32,000 bases of DNA from Brevibacillus sp. B_LB10_24 (GTDB lineage Bacteria; Bacillota; Bacilli; Brevibacillales; Brevibacillaceae). Position 1 is the stretch's first letter. The number at the start of each line of letters is the position of its first letter. Under the pieces are notes generated by a model. The model was given only the letters and a program-made list of their open reading frames with translations. It had not been told where the DNA came from and searched no databases. The DNA is taken from assembly GCF_046036945.1 (NCBI RefSeq), contig NZ_JBJQOQ010000010.1, positions 1-32,000 of the forward strand. The letters run 5' to 3'. Positions 7,773 through 13,418 of the stretch are shown here, piece by piece. The translations under genes and the position numbers were made by a program.

Positions 7773-7818
7773 AGAGTGAAAGAGGCAAACCGGAGCTGCC
7801 TAAAAGGGGGATGTGCGA

Positions 7819-8823
7819 GTGAAAGCGATGTGTGTCAGATACCGTCAATTCGGTGACCCGCAGCATGTCTTGCGGGTAGAGCAAACAGACGTGTTTGGGG
7901 CCGGTGACGGGGAGGTCCTGGTGCGGATGAGTGTCCGGCCGATCAACCCGTCCGACCTGATCCCCGTCCGGGGGGCGTATGCCCACCGCATCTCCCTGCC
8001 CTCCATCCCTGGATACGAAGGGGTCGGCATTGTGGAAGAAACAGGTCCCGGCGTTCCAAAATGGCTGCTGGGCAGGCGCGTCCTCCCCTTGCGAGGGGAA
8101 GGCACGTGGCAAGCGTACGTAAAAACGTCCGCAGAGCTGGCCGTTCCCGTTCCGGATGTGATCGACGATCAGACGGCTGCACAGCTGTACATCAATCCGT
8201 TGACGGCATGGCTGACCTGTTCAGAGGTTCTGCGGCTGGGAGCAGATGACGTCTTGCTGATCAACGCCGGCGGTTCTTCACTCAGCCGTATTTTTGCCCA
8301 ACTCGCAAACGTCCTCGGCTTTCGCTTGATTGCCGTGACCAGAAGCAATGCCTACACGGAAGAGTTGATACGACTTGGCGCTTCAGCCGTCATCCAGGAA
8401 TCGGCCGCTCCCCTGCGCGATACCGTCATGGAGCTGACGAACGGACGCGGAGCCAGTGCTGCCGTCGATTCTGTCGGGGGGATCTCCGGAGCAGAATTGG
8501 CCTGTTGCGTTCGTCCGCAAGGGATTGTGCTCAGCATCGGGCTTTTATCGGGTACACCTGTCGATTGGGGAACCATCGCGCGGCGTGCAAACGTCCGGGT
8601 CAAATTGTTTCATTTGCGGCACTGGAACCAACAGGTGTCCGTGCAAACCTGGCACCGGACGTTTCATCGGGTGATTGACCTTGTCTCCAGTCAGAGGGTG
8701 AGATTGGGGACGTCCGGCGCCAGCTTCCCTCTGGAGCAGGTAAAGGCCGCCGTCCGCCTGGCCGATTCGCCAGGGGCGCACGGTAAAATTCTCATTGTAG
8801 GCGATGGAACAGCCGCTCGTTAA
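7819..8823 (+). CDS. zinc-type/MDR-superfamily NAD(P)H oxidoreductase (quinone oxidoreductase / enoyl reductase-like)
   Basis: The track ORF starts at 7813. GTG 7819-7821 has better spacing from GGGGGA (7 nt). N-terminus MKAMCVRYRQFGDP...VRPINPSDL...PGYEGVGIV and the nucleotide-binding stretch LINAGGSSLS are typical of the Qor/ETR branch. Confidence 0.8.
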   Translation: MKAMCVRYRQFGDPQHVLRVEQTDVFGAGDGEVLVRMSVRPINPSDLIPVRGAYAHRISLPSIPGYEGVGIVEETGPGVPKWLLGRRVLPLRGEGTWQAYVKTSAELAVPVPDVIDDQTAAQLYINPLTAWLTCSEVLRLGADDVLLINAGGSSLSRIFAQLANVLGFRLIAVTRSNAYTEELIRLGASAVIQESAAPLRDTVMELTNGRGASAAVDSVGGISGAELACCVRPQGIVLSIGLLSGTPVDWGTIARRANVRVKLFHLRHWNQQVSVQTWHRTFHRVIDLVSSQRVRLGTSGASFPLEQVKAAVRLADSPGAHGKILIVGDGTAAR

Positions 8824-8861
8824 GAAAAGCTTCAATAGGACGCCTTTCTCGGAGAAAGTCG

Positions 8862-8898
8862 ATGTTAAATAAGAAGGCGCCGGTCATGTGCCGGCGCC
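8862..8898 (-). terminator. hairpin terminator between convergent oxidoreductase and ypmB genes
   Basis: Perfect 8-bp GC stem GGCGCCGG/CCGGCGCC (8876-8883/8891-8898) with a 7-nt loop. A U-rich tail (UUCUUAUUU) is present only on the minus-strand side. No U-tract on the plus side. Confidence 0.55.
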
Positions 8899-8927
8899 AG
8901 CTTACTCAAGAAACGGTCTTGTATGGG

Positions 8928-9416
8928 TTAACTGATAGTGGATTGATTCAGCCGATAGGACTTGATCAACTTTCCCGTATGCAGATCGTAGTAGGCGTAG
9001 TTGTATAAACCGCCCTGATCAATTACTAAAATTTCCCAAAAACGCAAATATCCGTCTATTCCCGGAACGGCGTGGATAATCTCCCCATTGGGAAAAGCAG
9101 ACAAGGCGATCTGCTTCACGTCCTCTTCCGCGACCATTCCATCGGTCGAATCCACGATCGTCTCATCCGGTGTCATCCAGGCAACCAGCCCTTTTCCGTC
9201 CGCATCTTTTCCCATAACCACAGCATAGGCTTGTTTTCCGCGGTATTCCGCAATCTGGTCAATTTGGGCAATGTGCGTTCGCTGACCGGCCCACTGCCGG
9301 GCTTGATCTTCAAACGTGTACTGTTGATTTACGACACTGGAGACAAAAAAGTAAACCGCCGCGGCAATCACGATGAAAAATCCAAATATTGAAATGAGAA
9401 TGCGGGCTAACACCAA
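8928..9416 (-). CDS. ypmB: YpmB-like membrane-anchored PepSY-type protein
   Basis: 162 aa with an N-terminal TM segment. Blocks EYRGKQAYAVVMGKDADGKGLVAWM and RFWEILVIDQGGLYNYAYYDLHTGKLIKSY parallel B. subtilis YpmB as I recall it. Start is TTG 9416 or GTG 9413, after AAAGGAGA. Confidence 0.8.
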   Translation of the reverse strand: MVLARILISIFGFFIVIAAAVYFFVSSVVNQQYTFEDQARQWAGQRTHIAQIDQIAEYRGKQAYAVVMGKDADGKGLVAWMTPDETIVDSTDGMVAEEDVKQIALSAFPNGEIIHAVPGIDGYLRFWEILVIDQGGLYNYAYYDLHTGKLIKSYRLNQSTIS

Positions 9417-9434
9417 AAAATCTCCTTTTCCTTC

Positions 9435-10133
9435 CTACAAGAGAAAAATTAATTGATCCTGCTTGCCGCCATTTGGTCCGGAAATTTTCAGGCTTACGAC
9501 TAGTTGGCGCAGGTGACTCGTTTTCTCATCATACCACATTTGGTAGGTCACGGCTACTTGCTGCAGAAACTGCTGAAATACTTGCTCAGTAGGAAACTGC
9601 GGCCCCAGCCAGGTGGACAGCATCGCTTTTACTTCACCTGGCGGCAGGGAAAACTGGTACCCGAGCAAGCCTTCCTTTTTGGCATCCTTCAGCGGAAGCG
9701 GCTTTACCTGCTCCAGATGGCTTTTGATGACAGTCATGTGTTCATAAGGCGTATACAGGGAAAATGGCAGGGTCATCGTGCCCTCCTGCTCTTCCCCGTC
9801 GATTGCGACCGTGACCTGATCCTCGGTACGCTTTATCTTCAACTGATGACCGTGGATGTCTCCACCCAGCTCGAATGCTGCTCCTTGAAACTGTCCGGCA
9901 AGCGACTGCTCTTTGACCCTGACTTGAAAGGGGGTCTCCTCGCCGGAATTCACCTGATCCAGGAGGGCGGCAATTGCAGCCCGATTCGCTCTTTCTTGGC
10001 TCCTGCTGTCCATTTCCACACTTGCCTCTTTGACCTGGGGCTTGTCTGTCACTTTGCCAAGCGCCATCCCAAGCAAAAACAAAGCAGCAAACAAAGGCAA
10101 AAACCACCATAACCGGCGTGGTCGGATGTACAT
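9435..10133 (-). CDS. membrane-anchored protein of unknown function
   Basis: The track ORF is 9435-10193. I moved the start to ATG 10131-10133, which is preceded by GGGGAGGAAGG (6-nt spacer). This gives MYIRPRRLWWFLPLFAALFLLGMALG, a signal-anchor. It ends 18 nt before ypmB. Confidence 0.65.
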   Translation of the reverse strand: MYIRPRRLWWFLPLFAALFLLGMALGKVTDKPQVKEASVEMDSRSQERANRAAIAALLDQVNSGEETPFQVRVKEQSLAGQFQGAAFELGGDIHGHQLKIKRTEDQVTVAIDGEEQEGTMTLPFSLYTPYEHMTVIKSHLEQVKPLPLKDAKKEGLLGYQFSLPPGEVKAMLSTWLGPQFPTEQVFQQFLQQVAVTYQMWYDEKTSHLRQLVVSLKISGPNGGKQDQLIFLL

Positions 10134-10503
10134 GGACCTTCCTCCCCGTCCTCTTTGTCCTCCCTTGACATGCTTTCCGAAAGCATATGTCATACGGGAA
10201 GGTTTTAGAACGGGACGGAAAAGTTTCTAAACATAGCAGACAAGCCGTCGGTCATACTACAGATACACCCCCAAGGAGGTGAGCGCGTGAAACTGCCTTC
10301 CATGACGACATCTCCTGAAACGAAACCCGTGCCCTTGCACTTCTTTCGCGTCTCATGGGCAGATTTGTCATCACCGCTTAGAGCCTTGCCCCACCAAACA
10401 CCATTGACATGGCGGCACACGCCATTAGAGGAAGTATGGCGAGCCAAAAGATCGAACGTCTAACGCGCAACAAAATATTCCCCTGCCTACACCTACCACT
10501 TCA

Positions 10504-10526
10504 CTCCTGTCTCGCCAAGACAGGAG
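10504..10526. terminator. 9-bp hairpin immediately after the mtaD stop; U-tract only on the plus strand
   Basis: CTCCTGTCT/AGACAGGAG perfect stem with a 5-nt loop. The plus strand continues ACCTTTTAA. The minus strand continues GTGAAGTGG, with no U-tract. Confidence 0.45.
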
Positions 10527-10531
10527 ACCTT

Positions 10532-11827
10532 TTAACGTTTCAGCAATTCAAACATGCGGTTTGCCTCAAAGACGGCCTTCTCTTCGTCGATGGTCAGCAG
10601 CTCACGATTCCGCATGAGAAAGGTTCCAGCCACAATACTGTCAGTCACGTCGTGTCCATTTGCGGCGTAGACCACATGGGAAACAGGGTTGGGCGCCGGA
10701 TGGTAGTGAGCCTGACTGGCGTCGAGCATAATCATGTCGGCCTGTTTGCCAACCTCCAGCGATCCCAGTGCCTCTGGCTGAAACACGCAGGCGGCTCCGT
10801 AGCGGGTTGCCATCCGCAGCGCTTCCTCTGCCGGTACCGCAACCGGATTGTACGTTACTCCCTTGTGCAAAATCGCCGCAAGCTTCAATTCCTCGAACAA
10901 ATTGAGATTGTTGTTGCTCGCAGTGCTGTCCGTCCCCAGGGAAACATCGATCCCCTTGGCCAGCATCTCCGGCACCCGGGCCACGCCGCTGGCTAATTTC
11001 AAATTGCTGACGACATTATGTGATACTTTTACATCGTATTTTGCCAAAGTCTCTATCTCTTCATCCGTCAAATGTACGGCGTGAGCCACAAGGGTTGGAC
11101 GGCGAAATACACCGAGATTTTCCAGGTGGGCAACCGGACGAACGCCGTAATCCTTGACGTTCTGCTCCACTTCAAAACGAGTTTCTGACATGTGGATATG
11201 AATGGGGAGGTTTAATTCTTCCGCCCTCTCCACAATTTGCCGTATGTAATCCGGCGGACAGGTATACGGTGCGTGCGGCGCCATCATGGTGGTGATGCGG
11301 CCGTCAGCCTGCTGGTGCCATTCGCGGGCAAAAGTTGTCGCTTCTTCCAGCTTTCTTCGTCTCTCTTCCTCTGATGTCAAGCCGATTACTCCCCGGCACA
11401 AGCGGGCGCGCATGCCGGAGCTGGCCACGGCTTCGGCCACCTCTCCCATGTGATCGTACATGTCGACAAAGGCAGTCGTACCGCTGCGGATCATCTCGAT
11501 CAGCGACAGATGGGTTCCCCACTTGACGTGTTCGCCGGTAAACTGCGCTTCCAGCGGCCACATTTTCTCTTCTAGCCACTCCTGCAGCGGCAGATCGTCG
11601 GCATACCCGCGCAAGAGCGACATCCCGGCGTGACCGTGTGTGTTAATCAGCCCGGGCAGTACGTATTTGTGCTTGCCGTCAATGACTTCATCATATCCCG
11701 ACAAATTCTCGGGAGTGGGGCCAACGTAAGTGATCCGGTTTCCTTCAAAAGCTACCGCTCCGTCTATGATGACCTCGTTTTGGTCATTTACCGTGATGAC
11801 GGTCGCATGCGTAATAATTGTCTTCAT
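10532..11827 (-). CDS. mtaD: 5-methylthioadenosine/S-adenosylhomocysteine deaminase (amidohydrolase family)
   Basis: The track ORF extends to 11962 but would overlap rex. ATG 11825-11827 is preceded by AAGGAG (6-nt spacer) and gives MKTIITHATVITVND. Motifs LPGLINTHGHAGMSLLRG, HMSET, HAVHL and SLGTDS are typical of MtaD/guanine-deaminase-like enzymes. Confidence 0.85.
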   Translation of the reverse strand: MKTIITHATVITVNDQNEVIIDGAVAFEGNRITYVGPTPENLSGYDEVIDGKHKYVLPGLINTHGHAGMSLLRGYADDLPLQEWLEEKMWPLEAQFTGEHVKWGTHLSLIEMIRSGTTAFVDMYDHMGEVAEAVASSGMRARLCRGVIGLTSEEERRRKLEEATTFAREWHQQADGRITTMMAPHAPYTCPPDYIRQIVERAEELNLPIHIHMSETRFEVEQNVKDYGVRPVAHLENLGVFRRPTLVAHAVHLTDEEIETLAKYDVKVSHNVVSNLKLASGVARVPEMLAKGIDVSLGTDSTASNNNLNLFEELKLAAILHKGVTYNPVAVPAEEALRMATRYGAACVFQPEALGSLEVGKQADMIMLDASQAHYHPAPNPVSHVVYAANGHDVTDSIVAGTFLMRNRELLTIDEEKAVFEANRMFELLKR

Positions 11828-11837
11828 CTCGTTCTCC

Positions 11838-12461
11838 TTATTCGTGTATATAGTAAGCCAGACTCTGCAGACTGGAAGTGACATCCGCATTGTCAATCCG
11901 CACGTCTTTTTCCGTGTGAATGGTGATGGGGGCAAAATTGAGAATCCCCTTGATTCCCGCATCGATCAACTGCTCGGCCACATTCTGTGCCGCAGCGGCG
12001 GGAACGGTAATGATCGCCAGGCGGATCTCTTTCTCCTGAACGATCTGTTTTAAGGCTTCCATCGGCTGAATGGAAAGCCCGACGATTTTTTTGCCGTGTT
12101 TGCGCCGATCCGCGTCAAAGATGGCGACGATGCGCATGTTGTCATGCATATAGGCGTTGTAATTGCTGATGGCATGTCCAAGGTTTCCGGCACCGACGAG
12201 GACAACAGGGATTTCCCGATCGATCTTGAGAATTTGTCTGATCTTGTTGATCAGGTAATCGACGTCGTAGCCGATTCCCTTTTTGCCGAAATCTCCGAAG
12301 GCGGCAAGGTCTTTGCGGATTTGTGCCGGATTGACATCCAGGGTTTCGCCCATCTGCTGCGAGGAGACAGTCTTTACCTTCATCTGCTGCAGATGTGTCA
12401 GATAACGCAGATAGACAGGCAAACGGCGAACAACGGCTTCAGAGATCTTGAAGGCTTTCAC
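11838..12461 (-). CDS. rex: redox-sensing transcriptional repressor Rex
   Basis: 207 aa with a GTG start after GGGGGG (7-nt spacer). Motifs RRLPVYLRYL, FGKKGIGYDVDYL, Rossmann VGAGNLG, and GIKGILNFAP. Confidence 0.9.
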   Translation of the reverse strand: MKAFKISEAVVRRLPVYLRYLTHLQQMKVKTVSSQQMGETLDVNPAQIRKDLAAFGDFGKKGIGYDVDYLINKIRQILKIDREIPVVLVGAGNLGHAISNYNAYMHDNMRIVAIFDADRRKHGKKIVGLSIQPMEALKQIVQEKEIRLAIITVPAAAAQNVAEQLIDAGIKGILNFAPITIHTEKDVRIDNADVTSSLQSLAYYIHE

Positions 12462-12464
12462 GCT

Positions 12465-13376
12465 TTAGCCCCCCTTCGGTTTTTTCTCTACTTCAATTAC
12501 TTTGTATTCTCTGCCGTTGGATAAAACCGTTATGGTTCCTCTTTGACTGGTCACGTACGTCTCTGCCCAAGACTCGCCTAAACGCTCCATGATCTCTGCC
12601 TGCCCCGGCTTCAGCTGGTCAAATGGTTTGCCTGTCTGAATGACTGCCACCTGGGCGTCTACTTTGGTCAAAAACGGCTGAGTAGACGCCTGGTTGCTGC
12701 CTTGAGCAGCCACCTTCAGCACTTCCGCAGGCAAAAACTGCGGATACCGTTCCAGCAACCGCTCTTCCGCCTTTTCTCCGACCCCGCTGGTAAAGAGGTA
12801 ATGCAGTTTATCCTGCCTCAGTGAAAAGACGATCGAGTTGTCCTGGGGCGACAGAAACAGCGGCTCACTCGGGTTTAGCACGGTGAGGACGACGCTCTCA
12901 TCCAGTGTATACTGATCACCGGCCGACAGCAGCACCAGCTTTTTGTCCGGTTGGATCGGCACGGTCTGCAGGACAGTCGCATAGGTCAGCTTGGGCAGCA
13001 GCACAGAATCGATCTGCATCGTCTTTGCCAGTTCAGCATATCCGCCGGCCTGCGCCGGCTGGTCGTTGGTCAACATCACATAATCGATTTTGGTCACCCG
13101 GCGTTCCTCCAGCAAGGAGCGCAGCACCTCGGCATCCTCGGCGCTTCCCGTGTCAACCAGCAGCTTTTTGCCGCCCGGCAAGCGGATCAGCGTACTTTCC
13201 CCTTCCGGCAATGAAAAAAAGGTGACGACCATCCCGGAGAAGTTCCGTTCATTTTCGGCAGAGAAGGGATCATCCACTTTTACCGCCTTTTTCAGATGGC
13301 TGCCGATCGAGCAGCTCGACAGGACAAGGACGACAAACAGCATGAGAACGAGCGGTTTCGGCGTACTTTTCCGCAT
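12465..13376 (-). CDS. ComEC/Rec2-type MBL-fold lipoprotein with degenerate active site
   Basis: 303 aa with AAGGTGG upstream. Signal peptide plus lipobox LVLSSC. It is collinear with the ComEC C-terminal beta-lactamase-fold domain, but the metal motifs are replaced: LTNDQPAQAGG where HxHxDH is expected, and KVAAQGSNQ where HHGS is expected. Confidence 0.75.
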   Translation of the reverse strand: MRKSTPKPLVLMLFVVLVLSSCSIGSHLKKAVKVDDPFSAENERNFSGMVVTFFSLPEGESTLIRLPGGKKLLVDTGSAEDAEVLRSLLEERRVTKIDYVMLTNDQPAQAGGYAELAKTMQIDSVLLPKLTYATVLQTVPIQPDKKLVLLSAGDQYTLDESVVLTVLNPSEPLFLSPQDNSIVFSLRQDKLHYLFTSGVGEKAEERLLERYPQFLPAEVLKVAAQGSNQASTQPFLTKVDAQVAVIQTGKPFDQLKPGQAEIMERLGESWAETYVTSQRGTITVLSNGREYKVIEVEKKPKGG

Positions 13377-13418
13377 AATATTGTACCACCTTATTCCTCA
13401 TCAGACTATTGATTCATT

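Noticed and set aside
7681-8112. 143-aa minus-strand ORF spanning the divergent promoter region and the 5' end of the oxidoreductase gene.
   Set aside because: It overlaps a promoter region and a well-supported plus-strand CDS. Its composition is Pro/Gly/Arg-rich, and it has no RBS.
10205-10447. 80-aa minus-strand ORF in the mtaD-downstream gap.
   Set aside because: There is no RBS at its start and the composition is odd (Cys/Gly/Ser-rich). An internal GGAG-ATG would give only a 32-aa peptide. I treat the region as non-coding or regulatory instead (see finding).
11828-11962. 45-codon N-terminal extension of mtaD in the ORF track.
   Set aside because: The extension would overlap the 3' end of rex by about 125 nt. 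The internal ATG at 11827 has a perfect AAGGAG RBS and gives the canonical MKTI...HATV start.
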